Assembly: GCA_000165345.1 (NCBI GenBank)
Contig: CM000434.1
Coordinates: 128,001 to 192,000 of the forward strand
Reading direction: 5' to 3'
Length of the DNA: 64,000 bases
Program-made: the position numbers and the translations under genes
Part shown: positions 37,681-47,178 of the stretch, in pieces
Layout: the number at the start of each line of letters is the position of its first letter
How positions within the stretch are numbered: the first letter of the stretch is position 1
The notes under the pieces: generated by a model
Database searches by the model: none
What the model was told of the DNA's origin: nothing
The model's input: only the letters and a program-made list of their open reading frames with translations

Positions 37681-37950
37681 TATTTCACATTATTAAGTTC
37701 AATATTTGTAGATTTAATTCAAATTTCTTTGAATATAACTTAATAGAAAATATTATTATTTATTAAAATTATACATTATATAGAATATATGTATTTAATA
37801 TTATTTATTGTACTGTTTCTATTATTTAAATTCTTCTTTTTTAAAAAAATAAGATTTACTATCAAAGAATACCAAACTTACTTATTTCAATGCACACGAC
37901 CCCCCAATTTTTTTATTACTTAAAAAATATTATTTGTTTTTCTAATTTGC

Positions 37951-38060
37951 ATGTGGTGTCAATCATATACCGGTCTGCATGCAAAGGCGCTGAAATGCAA
38001 AAGGCGCCAAGGCCACTTACGTGGCAAGAAATAAAAATATTATACAGATTAAAAGGTGGA
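37951..38060. promoter_or_regulatory. Divergent promoter cluster: CATGTGGTG ... ATACCGGTCTGCATGCAAAGGCGCTGAAATGCAAAAGGCGCCAAGG ... ACTTACGTGG ... GGTGGACAT
   Basis: The GCATGCA, E2F GGCGCC, ACCGGT and GTGGACA motifs are packed within 110 bp. The cluster lies between the clostripain-like gene and the 38259 gene. Confidence 0.55.
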
Positions 38061-38258
38061 CATGAATAATTAGTATAAAGAAAAATAATAATAATTCGCA
38101 CTTTTAGACTAAAAAAGATTTTTTTTTTTTTTTAATTAATTGAATAAAAAATATTTATGGATAAATCAGGTGATTATGTACAAATCTTAAGAATTGCTCA
38201 CTTACTCTTCGTAACTTAGGAGTTTAAGAGAAGAGAGAAAATATAGAGAAAAATAAAG

Positions 38259-41200
38259 ATGGATCCTGTGGGAGCAATGAAGTCAATGATGGGAATGGTT
38301 GGATCTAACCTAGTTAGTTCAGCAAAACATGCAACTAAGCAAATGGTGAGTAAGATCCGTCAGAAAGCTGATCCCAGATCATATAGTAGCTCAAAAAAGA
38401 AAAAAAATAAAGCTGATAATGGTCAGAATATAGAAGGTACAAATATAAGTGATGACGATGATTTGAATGATTCAATGCTTCCTAATAGAAGAGATCATGG
38501 CAAAGAAGCAAGGAATAGAGATATAAATGGAGAAAATCTGGAAGTTAACAGTAATTTAACTCATGAATCATCAGATGACGAGTCAATTTTGGATTTTAGA
38601 GATCGAGTTGTAACAGAACAAGAATTCAAGAGATTAGCAGAACTTCTTGGTAGAGATATAAAAATGACAAATAGAGGTAATTCTGAAATGGAGAAACAAA
38701 TATGGTTAACTCCAAGAAGATTTAGGACTACAATACGATCAGTGCAGATTGAAAATCTAACAAAAATTGAACAGAAGAATGTATTTTTAGAATTTTCATT
38801 TGGAGGAACACTTACAGAAGTTAGACTATTGAATAGTAATACCGGCCAAGAAGTTCCAAGATTGTTGGGATATCCAGCATGCAAAGAATTTTTTACACAT
38901 ACTGTTGATATTAAACCGTTTTATATTGAAAATAATGATGAGTTACTTATTGATATTCCTGATGAAAATGGTAAAGACTATGATATGGAGCTCAAAAATA
39001 ATAATTCGATTGAAATTTCATTAGATGAAACTTTTGAATGGAGAGGTAGTTATTTACATTTAGAAAGGGAATTATTTAGAATTATTGCTTGGAGAGCTAA
39101 TTCAGCAACTGTTAATGAGTTATTAGGATATAATGAAGATATATTAAAAAATTATGCAACGGGAAGTGTTAATCAAATGATTACTTTATCAAAAAGAACA
39201 CATAATAATATATCAAATCCTATTTTTAGAATTACATTACAAATTATATTTCAAGAAATTTATGATTTTCAACTAAGCCTATCTCAATTCACTTTAAGAA
39301 ATATTAGTAATGACAATGAGAATTCCTCTCCTTCAGAACGAAAACATTCTCAAAATATTTATAATGATCATGAAATTGAATATAATCATGACAAAAAAAG
39401 TAACAAAAAGCAAACTAGTCGTGATAATACAAATATAATTAACGATCAAAATACTGTAAAAATTGATTTGAGAGATGATCAAGAATTAAATTTTAATGAA
39501 AAAGGAAGGCTTATTTCTAATAATCATTCAACATCTTGTAGATTGAATATCAAGTTCCCATCTTTTGGAATAGATAATCCTTTACCAACTAAATGTACTT
39601 CAACTTGGTCAGAATGTTATGAGAAACAAAATAAAATTATTAGATGGGATAATATTGGTATGATTCCTTTTAGAGGTACAATACATGAATTGGAAAGAAA
39701 TAATTTACATGCAAATTTAGAAATTAATTCAACTGGCAAAACTCATAATATTTTTAAATCTACAAAACAAGTCCATTGTACTTTTAATCTTAAAAATATT
39801 GTCTATTATCCCTATATTCAGACTGAAATTAAGCTTCCTGATGGAGAATCTTGTATACTTGAAGGAAAAATAGAATTTGGAAATATACCCAAATATCATC
39901 AATTGGGTAATATTTTAGAAATTGATGATGAAAATAAATTATATCTTATAATCAAAATTATTCGAATTGATAATTTAATCTTGAACATTTATGAAGTCAA
40001 CAATATTCTTCAAGATACTGAAAATGATGATTCTATGGATGTTTATGTTCAGTTAAGCTTTGATGGTAATCGAAAAGAAACGCCTGTAGTTTCTGGTACA
40101 TTACATCCACTCTTTCAAACTGAACTTACATTTATATTGGATTATATTGATCATGAAAAAAAGCCTAACGAACTTGACGCTCATTCTTTAGCCAAACTTT
40201 TAGAAAGAAAAGGTCCGATTGTTATTGATGTGTGGAGAAAAAATAAATCATCAATGGCACAACATTTAGGATGGACTGAAATTCATTGGAAAGATATTCT
40301 AATAAAAACTAATCATTCAAATTATTCTGGAAATGAATTTTCTGATTTAAAATTAAATCAACAATTCTCACCTTTAAAATTTGACCCTACTAATAATTTA
40401 ATGGACAATGCTAGTAATGCATGCTTAGGCGCCAACATGCTTAGGCGCCAAGAATACCGAAAATTTTATGATCGCAATATAGGTAAAGAAGTTGTATATG
40501 AAACAAGAGTATATCAGGATGCGAGTATATTATATAATTTAGGTCAAAGGCCCAGTTCTTTAGGGTCTTATACAAATGAAACAATCTCGCCGAAAGTATA
40601 TTTGGAAATATGGACAAAGCCTGATATAAGTTGCATGTATAATATTGGTTCAACGTCAGCATTACTAGTAAGAGGTAATAATGAAGTTGTGGGAGAAGTT
40701 TCTAAATATTTTGTTGATCGATTAAATAGAATTGTTGAGTGGTCAGGCATTGGTCCATCATTAAAGAATTCAAGAATAAGATCAAATATTTTTTATTGGG
40801 AATATGTTACTAAATCATTTGAGACTTGGGGAAGACAATATTCATATTATAGTTTGGATTCAAGAGGTGTAAGGCACTTACTTCCATCATTCTTACAACC
40901 TTTAAAACCTCTTACTGGTGTTGATAATTCCTCAAAAGTACATCATTTTATTCATTCTTTTCCATATTTACCAACTACAAATAATGAAATATGGAGAACT
41001 CCTGATTTATTCTTATTATCAAGACAAGGTACTCCATTTGATCATACATTATTGCAGGTATGTTTATTATTGGGTTTAAATAGAATAGCTTTTTTGGCAT
41101 GCGGTACTTTATTGAATAGAGATCCATATTCATGGGCAGTAACTATACATTATGAGTATATTATGAGTGAAAATGATGATTTATTTAATTTAAGTAAGGA

Positions 41201-43256
41201 TGGAAATTTATTTAAAAAAGAATCTCATGGAATTGGAGGTAGAAGTAGGAGAGTTTCTACTCTTAATTTTGGAAGAAATAAAAAACATAGTAATATGAGG
41301 TCAATATCACCAGCATTAATGAAGACAACATCTGATAGGAAGAATTATAAATCAGAAAAAAGTCATATATTAGGATCTAATCGAAGTAAAATGAGGTCAT
41401 TATCTCCAATTTCTATTAATCTTGGTCAAAGGATGCATAGGAAGTCATCTATTATTAATGATAATGAACATCGATTTAGTTTAAGTAAATCAACTGAAGC
41501 AATTCATGATCATAATCATAATACATCATCAAAAAATAGTATTAGACAAAATTCTATAAGATTTTATGCATTATTTTGGGATACTGTAAAACATGTTGTT
41601 TATAGAGTTAATGATATTGTTCAAGAATCAAAACATGATGAATTTATTCAATGGATTAAAGAAGAAGGATATGATATTAATCAGTTAAATGAATTAGCAT
41701 TAGAATCATTATTTTCTCAAAGAAATTATCATCAAGATAAATATAGAAATATACAATATAAACCAAATTTCTGTTTAAAAGTTATTAATAAGTTACCATA
41801 TAGAACTTTGGATTTATTGGTTAATAATAAAAATATATATGCAAATATACAACAAGTTAATGATCCATTAAAATTATCATATAATTTAAATGATAGTAAG
41901 CTTTGGTATTCATTCTTTCCAAAAAAAACTGATCAATTTAATCATATTAAAATGAATAATCAAAGAATTCAAGGAGAAATTGAAGGTAAAGGAATATTAA
42001 ATCAATTACCAATAACACAAAATAGTTCAAATATATCAGCATGTTTTTCATGGCCAATAATTAATCTTGTAACTGATACTACTAGTAATAAACCTGGAAA
42101 GAATAATAAAGGAAGATCAGTTACTGGTGATTATCATATTCATAATAATAATAGTAATAATGATTATTTTGATCAAGATCAATTTGGAAGATCTAATAAT
42201 AAAGATAAGAATATTAATGGTATTATTGGTAATGATCATAAGAGTAAAGGTAAAGCAAATAACGGTTTAAAATCATCTACTGGAATGAGTTTTGGATTAA
42301 ATAGGTCAAAAGATGAACATTCAAGTATAGAGAAGAAGTTTTTAGAGAATAATGTGATTATGGATGCTGAACTAGATTTATATTGTAGAAGTATTAATGA
42401 TGAGATTATGAGATATGTACAGATTCAAAGATTTCAAAAATCACGTACAATAGGTACAAGATGGAATAGAGAAAACGAGAATATGATATTTTTAAGAATG
42501 GGATTAAAGTTATTAGGTAAATGGGAGATGTCAGATCCATATACTCGTGATTATTATAAAAATAAGACTGAATTTTTGAAATGGAGAGAATCATTTTTAT
42601 CAACAGTACCAACAAAATATAGGATGAAATATGCAATATTGACTTTTCCATGTAATGTTCCAAAATGGATAGCACAACAAGTTTGGTTTAAATGTAGCTT
42701 TTTATCAAATGAGACTGATAAAAGATCAATATTTTCTTTATCAGTAGATATTAATAGTTGGCCAAATAATATTCAATCAATAAGGATATTAATATTGGTA
42801 GTACATCCTTTGAAATCTAATCAGCTTAGAAAGCTTCAATTATTACAAAAGATGAGTATATCAAATTCAGTTAGTAACAATAATATCAATAACAACAATA
42901 ATAATAACAATAATAGTAACAATATTCATCAAACAATGAAGATTAATATAAAAGGTCCTTCCAGGAATGAAAGAGAAAATATTTCTGATTCAATTAAAGA
43001 AGATAATAATAAAGGTAATGATAAAGTAACAAAGCAAGGTTTGGATAAATTAGAAATTCCAGAATTCTCAAATGAATTATTGATAAAGGAGAGTGATAAA
43101 AAGAGCGTGGATGAGGATAAGGATGAGAAAAAGAAGGAAGATAAAGAGGAAAAGAAGAAAAAGGATAACAATAGCGAAAAAGAGAGAAGAAGAGCATCTT
43201 CAATTATATTCTCAGACGAAGAAGATGAGCCTGAGCTTAAACTGTTACATCCATAA
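38259..43256 (+). CDS. Very large hypothetical protein (1665 aa) with C2-like beta-sandwich regions in the N-terminal half and a basic, K/E/D-rich C-terminal tail
   Basis: Complete ATG to TAA ORF. Segments such as DVYVQLSFDGNRKETPVVSGTLHPLFQTELTF look like a C2 domain. No firm family assignment. Confidence 0.5.
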   Translation: MDPVGAMKSMMGMVGSNLVSSAKHATKQMVSKIRQKADPRSYSSSKKKKNKADNGQNIEGTNISDDDDLNDSMLPNRRDHGKEARNRDINGENLEVNSNLTHESSDDESILDFRDRVVTEQEFKRLAELLGRDIKMTNRGNSEMEKQIWLTPRRFRTTIRSVQIENLTKIEQKNVFLEFSFGGTLTEVRLLNSNTGQEVPRLLGYPACKEFFTHTVDIKPFYIENNDELLIDIPDENGKDYDMELKNNNSIEISLDETFEWRGSYLHLERELFRIIAWRANSATVNELLGYNEDILKNYATGSVNQMITLSKRTHNNISNPIFRITLQIIFQEIYDFQLSLSQFTLRNISNDNENSSPSERKHSQNIYNDHEIEYNHDKKSNKKQTSRDNTNIINDQNTVKIDLRDDQELNFNEKGRLISNNHSTSCRLNIKFPSFGIDNPLPTKCTSTWSECYEKQNKIIRWDNIGMIPFRGTIHELERNNLHANLEINSTGKTHNIFKSTKQVHCTFNLKNIVYYPYIQTEIKLPDGESCILEGKIEFGNIPKYHQLGNILEIDDENKLYLIIKIIRIDNLILNIYEVNNILQDTENDDSMDVYVQLSFDGNRKETPVVSGTLHPLFQTELTFILDYIDHEKKPNELDAHSLAKLLERKGPIVIDVWRKNKSSMAQHLGWTEIHWKDILIKTNHSNYSGNEFSDLKLNQQFSPLKFDPTNNLMDNASNACLGANMLRRQEYRKFYDRNIGKEVVYETRVYQDASILYNLGQRPSSLGSYTNETISPKVYLEIWTKPDISCMYNIGSTSALLVRGNNEVVGEVSKYFVDRLNRIVEWSGIGPSLKNSRIRSNIFYWEYVTKSFETWGRQYSYYSLDSRGVRHLLPSFLQPLKPLTGVDNSSKVHHFIHSFPYLPTTNNEIWRTPDLFLLSRQGTPFDHTLLQVCLLLGLNRIAFLACGTLLNRDPYSWAVTIHYEYIMSENDDLFNLSKDGNLFKKESHGIGGRSRRVSTLNFGRNKKHSNMRSISPALMKTTSDRKNYKSEKSHILGSNRSKMRSLSPISINLGQRMHRKSSIINDNEHRFSLSKSTEAIHDHNHNTSSKNSIRQNSIRFYALFWDTVKHVVYRVNDIVQESKHDEFIQWIKEEGYDINQLNELALESLFSQRNYHQDKYRNIQYKPNFCLKVINKLPYRTLDLLVNNKNIYANIQQVNDPLKLSYNLNDSKLWYSFFPKKTDQFNHIKMNNQRIQGEIEGKGILNQLPITQNSSNISACFSWPIINLVTDTTSNKPGKNNKGRSVTGDYHIHNNNSNNDYFDQDQFGRSNNKDKNINGIIGNDHKSKGKANNGLKSSTGMSFGLNRSKDEHSSIEKKFLENNVIMDAELDLYCRSINDEIMRYVQIQRFQKSRTIGTRWNRENENMIFLRMGLKLLGKWEMSDPYTRDYYKNKTEFLKWRESFLSTVPTKYRMKYAILTFPCNVPKWIAQQVWFKCSFLSNETDKRSIFSLSVDINSWPNNIQSIRILILVVHPLKSNQLRKLQLLQKMSISNSVSNNNINNNNNNNNNSNNIHQTMKINIKGPSRNERENISDSIKEDNNKGNDKVTKQGLDKLEIPEFSNELLIKESDKKSVDEDKDEKKKEDKEEKKKKDNNSEKERRRASSIIFSDEEDEPELKLLHP
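40420..40451 (+). repeat. Perfect tandem duplication of the 16-mer CATGCTTAGGCGCCAA inside the 38259-43256 CDS
   Basis: Two identical adjacent copies (40420-40435 and 40436-40451), each containing the E2F-type GGCGCC core. The unit length is not a multiple of three, yet the ORF remains open across both copies. Confidence 0.8.
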
Positions 43257-43466
43257 TGAATTATAATATATTTTAATTAATGATTAATTAATTAATAATT
43301 ATTCTAATATTGAAATTAGTTTCTAAAATAATGAATAGAATAAGCAAAACTCCTTTTCTACTCGTTTATTTGTAATATAAGTAAATTGTTGGTAGTTAAA
43401 TAAATTAGGTTTGTATCTATATGTATGTAGAATTGGGGTTCTTGTAAATTTTATAGCATAAATAAG

Positions 43467-44525
43467 TTAGAAATCTGCATTCAAATCAAACTTTTGGTCA
43501 TCTTGATTGACCATAACTCCAGCCATTTGATATTCACCAACTCTCTTTTCGAAGAAGTTAGTTTTACCTTGAAGTGAAATAAGGTCCATCCAATCAAAAG
43601 GATTAGAAACGTTGTAGATTTTTGGAATATCCAAGGCAAAAAGTAATCTATCAGCAACAAATTCAATATATTGGGCCATAAGTCTCGAATTCATACCAAT
43701 AAGATCAACAGGAAGAGAGTCACAAAGAAAGTTTCTTTCAACTTCAACAGCTTCTGATATGATTTGTTGTACTCTAGGAGCTGGTAATTTAAATTTAAGG
43801 GCTTTATATATTAAACAAGCAAAATCAGCATGGAGACCTTCATCACGACTAATAAGTTCATTAGAAAATGTGAGTCCAGGCATAAGTCCACGTTTTTTAA
43901 GCCAAAAAATTGCACAAAAGCTACCAGAAAATAGAATTCCTTCAACAGCACAGAATCCAATAATTCTTTCAGCAAAAGATCGCTCAGAATTCATCCATTT
44001 AGTTGCCCATTCTGCTTTCTTTTTTACAGCTTCAATATGAGAAATTGCTTCAAAGAGCATTTGACGTTCTTTAATTTCAGTAATATATCTATCAATAAGT
44101 AATGAATAAGTTTCACTATGTATTTGTTCAATAGACATTTGAAAAGCATAATACATTCTAGCTTCCGGTATTTGTATTTCTCTAAGGAAATTTACTGCTA
44201 AGTTTTCCATAACAATACCATCACTTGCAGCAAAGAATGCTAAAACATATTTGATAAAATGTCTTTCAGGGTCTTTAAGACTTTCCCAATCTCTAGTATC
44301 TTGACTTAGATCAATTTCTTCAGTAACCCAAAACGACGCTTCAGCTTTTTTATACATTGACCAAATATCTTTAATTAATTCTTTCAATTCATTTCTATTT
44401 TCTCGGCTGTATTTAAGCATTGGTTCATTAACTTGATTTATTTTTACTTCATTCACAAGTTTTTCAATATTTTCTTCATCTTTTGTTTCCTTTGTTAAAA
44501 TTACATTATTATTTTCCTCTGTCAT
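43467..44525 (-). CDS. RNR2: Ribonucleotide reductase small subunit (R2), apparently catalytically competent, 352 aa
   Basis: [16 protein letters not shown] with the Asp ligand. [25 protein letters not shown] with the Glu and His ligands and the radical Tyr (E-x2-H-x3-Y). [23 protein letters not shown] and [10 protein letters not shown] with the second Glu and His pair. The C-terminus ends ...KFDLNADF, the R1-binding tail. Confidence 0.93.
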   Translation of the reverse strand: MTEENNNVILTKETKDEENIEKLVNEVKINQVNEPMLKYSRENRNELKELIKDIWSMYKKAEASFWVTEEIDLSQDTRDWESLKDPERHFIKYVLAFFAASDGIVMENLAVNFLREIQIPEARMYYAFQMSIEQIHSETYSLLIDRYITEIKERQMLFEAISHIEAVKKKAEWATKWMNSERSFAERIIGFCAVEGILFSGSFCAIFWLKKRGLMPGLTFSNELISRDEGLHADFACLIYKALKFKLPAPRVQQIISEAVEVERNFLCDSLPVDLIGMNSRLMAQYIEFVADRLLFALDIPKIYNVSNPFDWMDLISLQGKTNFFEKRVGEYQMAGVMVNQDDQKFDLNADF

Positions 44526-44794
44526 CTTTTTTTTCCTTTTTTTAAATTGATTTTAGTTACTCTCTATGTTTACTATTTTGATATTAATATTAATTTACGT
44601 GTGTGTTATTATTATATTATTAATATTTAAAAAATATATATATTTTTTAAAAGAAAAAAAAGAAAAACAAATATTATTACAAATAAATATTTTTATTTTA
44701 AAAAATTTATTAATTTTCTTTAATTTGTCTTTGTGCATATTGTTTTCTTTCAATTTATTGATTTACCTGAAATTTATTATTACTTTCTGTGTAT

Positions 44795-44895
44795 TGGCGC
44801 CTAATGACCTGTTAAAAAAGGTATCGATAAATGTATTTATAAGATAATTAAATGATGGGGGGCGGTGAGTTCAAAAAATGTGGGAAAAGGCGGGC
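44795..44895. promoter_or_regulatory. Shared bidirectional promoter of the two R2 genes, containing TTGGCGCC (44795-44802), a G-rich GGGGGGCGG stretch (44857-44865) and AAAAGGCGGGC (44885-44895)
   Basis: E2F-type sites midway between the two divergent start codons (44525 and 45420). Confidence 0.55.
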
Positions 44896-45419
44896 TATTT
44901 GCATGTCAATAGTAGTAGTTTTTACGATAGTTATTTAAAATTTTATTGATAATAAATGAATAAATCATTAATAGAATAAAACATTATTGTAGGAACAAGA
45001 ATAGAAATGTCGAGATATAAAGTATTTATTCTAGAGATTTAAGATTTGAAAAATACGATTTTACTTACTTTCAACTTTTTCTTTTTTCCCACTTTCTTCC
45101 ATTTTTTTTCTCCCCCAATTATTTTATATTTGTATTAATTATTTGAATAAGAGAAATAATTTATTTCATTTTTATTTTTTAAGTAAAAGAAAGAAATATA
45201 GATGGAAAAATTATAAGAAGGAAGAAAAAAATAAATAGGAAAGAAAAATTCAAAAATTCTTTTTTTTTCTCTAAATATTTTCAAGTATGAGACGGCGTAT
45301 AGGTACCCGGTATACTCACTCTCCCCTCTTTTTCATCAATTTTTTGCACACAAAAAAAAAATAAAAAACAAGAAAAATAAAAAAATTTGAATCAAATTAA
45401 TTAATTAAAGGAGAAAAAA

Positions 45420-46439
45420 ATGAATGAATCAAAGAAAGAATTATTAGAACAGCAAAAAAATGAATCAATCTTATTAGATAATCCTTTTAGATGGGTTTTA
45501 TTTCCAATAAAATATAGTAGATTATGGAGTTTGTATAAAAAATATGAGGTATCATTTTGGACAGCAGAAGTAATATCACCAATGGAAGATAAGACAAAAT
45601 TAATGAATATGGACGAAAAATTACTTGATTATATTGAAATGGCCTTTGCAAAACGTATTTATATTGATAATACATGCTTAGATACTGTATTGTTAACATG
45701 TGAATTATTAGGACAAGTACAAGTACCAGAAGCAAGAGGTTACTTTTCATTTACAATGTGTATGGAGAATATATATAAGGAATTATTTATGAATTATGTT
45801 GAAATGATACGTAAAAATAAGGAAAAGATTGAAAGGACAGATGAAGTGGAAAAGAAGGATGAGAATAATTTAAATAGTAAAATATCTAAAGAAGAATATG
45901 AATATAATTTAGAGAAGAAATTGAATGAATTAGAAGATTTTACAAAAATGAAGGAATTAGTTGGTAATTTTTACGATGAAGATACTTTATTTAGTGAAAA
46001 ACTTATCTATTATGTAATAATTAAAAAGATATTCTCATCTAGTATTCATTTACTTAGATTATCTTTTTCAATGAGAAATATATCAGAATCTGAATTACCT
46101 ACTCAACTTTGTGATGGTTTAGATAGAATACGTAGAGATGAACAATATCAAGTTGAGTTTTGTTTAAGTATTGCAAAATCTATGAAAACTAAACCAAGTA
46201 ATGATCAAGTAGTTAATTTATTAGAGCAAGCTATTATGTTAGAGAAGAACTTTATATTTTCAATTGTAGATCCACAAGTTCTTCAAATTGAAAGAGAAGA
46301 TATTGTTGCTTTTCTTTTATTTAATGCTGATGAAATACTTGTAGATTTAAAGTATCCAAGACAATTCAATGTTTCTAATCCATTCATAAATATTATGAAC
46401 GATTTTCCGTGCTCCTTCTCAAGAAGAAGCTGTTGCTAG
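45420..46439 (+). CDS. Divergent R2-like paralogue lacking the di-iron ligand His and the radical Tyr. It is a probable catalytically inactive R2, analogous to the yeast Rnr4-type partner subunit. The 3' end is probably frameshifted.
   Basis: The R2 fold blocks are conserved: FPIKYSRLWSLYKKYEVSFWTAE, VQVPEARGYFSFTMCMENIYKELF, ILVDLKYPRQFNVSNPF. In the ENIHSEMY motif the His is replaced by Tyr and the Tyr by Phe (ENIYKELF). The first Asp-ligand region (AFAKRIYIDN) is also degenerate. Confidence 0.8.
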   Translation: MNESKKELLEQQKNESILLDNPFRWVLFPIKYSRLWSLYKKYEVSFWTAEVISPMEDKTKLMNMDEKLLDYIEMAFAKRIYIDNTCLDTVLLTCELLGQVQVPEARGYFSFTMCMENIYKELFMNYVEMIRKNKEKIERTDEVEKKDENNLNSKISKEEYEYNLEKKLNELEDFTKMKELVGNFYDEDTLFSEKLIYYVIIKKIFSSSIHLLRLSFSMRNISESELPTQLCDGLDRIRRDEQYQVEFCLSIAKSMKTKPSNDQVVNLLEQAIMLEKNFIFSIVDPQVLQIEREDIVAFLLFNADEILVDLKYPRQFNVSNPFINIMNDFPCSFSRRSCC

Positions 46440-47073
46440 ACAAACTCTTACACAAACTCTTAAAGCTGCTCATTATAAAGCTTACCTAGAAATTTTTAGC
46501 AATCAATTGTCAACTTCTCAAGATTTCTAATTCACACTGNANNNNNAGTTTTTTTTTTGATTCTTACTAATTATTATCTATAATTATTAGAAAATAATAT
46601 ATTAATGTTATTAATAATTCAAATTGTTTATATTAATTCTTAATCTTTTATTACTTAACATAATATGAAGATCCAAATCGAAATATTAAACAATTGATTT
46701 GAAATAGAAGTAAAAGATATTAAAACTATTAAAAAAAAGAAAATAGGAATAGAGAATAGAGAATAAATATATGAACTAATAATAATATATATAAACATTG
46801 AAAGTAAAATAAATAAGGAAATAGATATTTTTCTTTTGACACTAAATTTATTTATTATCCTAATAACTATATAAAGTGTCCATATATTATTGTTATTATA
46901 TTTTACATATATTTTTCCTGTAAAAATAAATTATGTTTAAAATCAACTCAACTCAATCTTTTATTTCAAAAATAACAATAATGTTTAAAACAATAAATCT
47001 TTCATATCATAACCCTTTTTTTTCAACTTTTCATTTATTTTTTCTCCACTATAAAAAAATGACGTGTCAAAGC

Positions 47074-47163
47074 TTCCCGCCCAATTCCATTTAATATATT
47101 ATCAAATATACATTTTTGAATGGAATTCATTCATGCAGGCATTATATACATGTTATTGGCGCC
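47074..47163. promoter_or_regulatory. E2F-like TTCCCGCC (47074-47081) and TTGGCGCC (47156-47163), with a CATGCAGGC between them, located 3' of both flanking convergent genes
   Basis: These are promoter-type motifs in a region where no annotated gene starts. Confidence 0.35.
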
Positions 47164-47178
47164 ATTTGAAATTTGTAT

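Noticed and set aside
44526-45419. Small ORF 44566-44847 (93 aa) in the R2 bidirectional promoter
   Set aside because: It is hydrophobic and low complexity and overlaps the E2F-site region. It sits where the promoter must be and has no start-context support.
46409-46423. gtgctccttctcaag as a micro-intron to rescue the R2-like C-terminus
   Set aside because: Fifteen nt is far below any plausible spliceosomal intron length. A simple frameshift or base-call error explains the data better.
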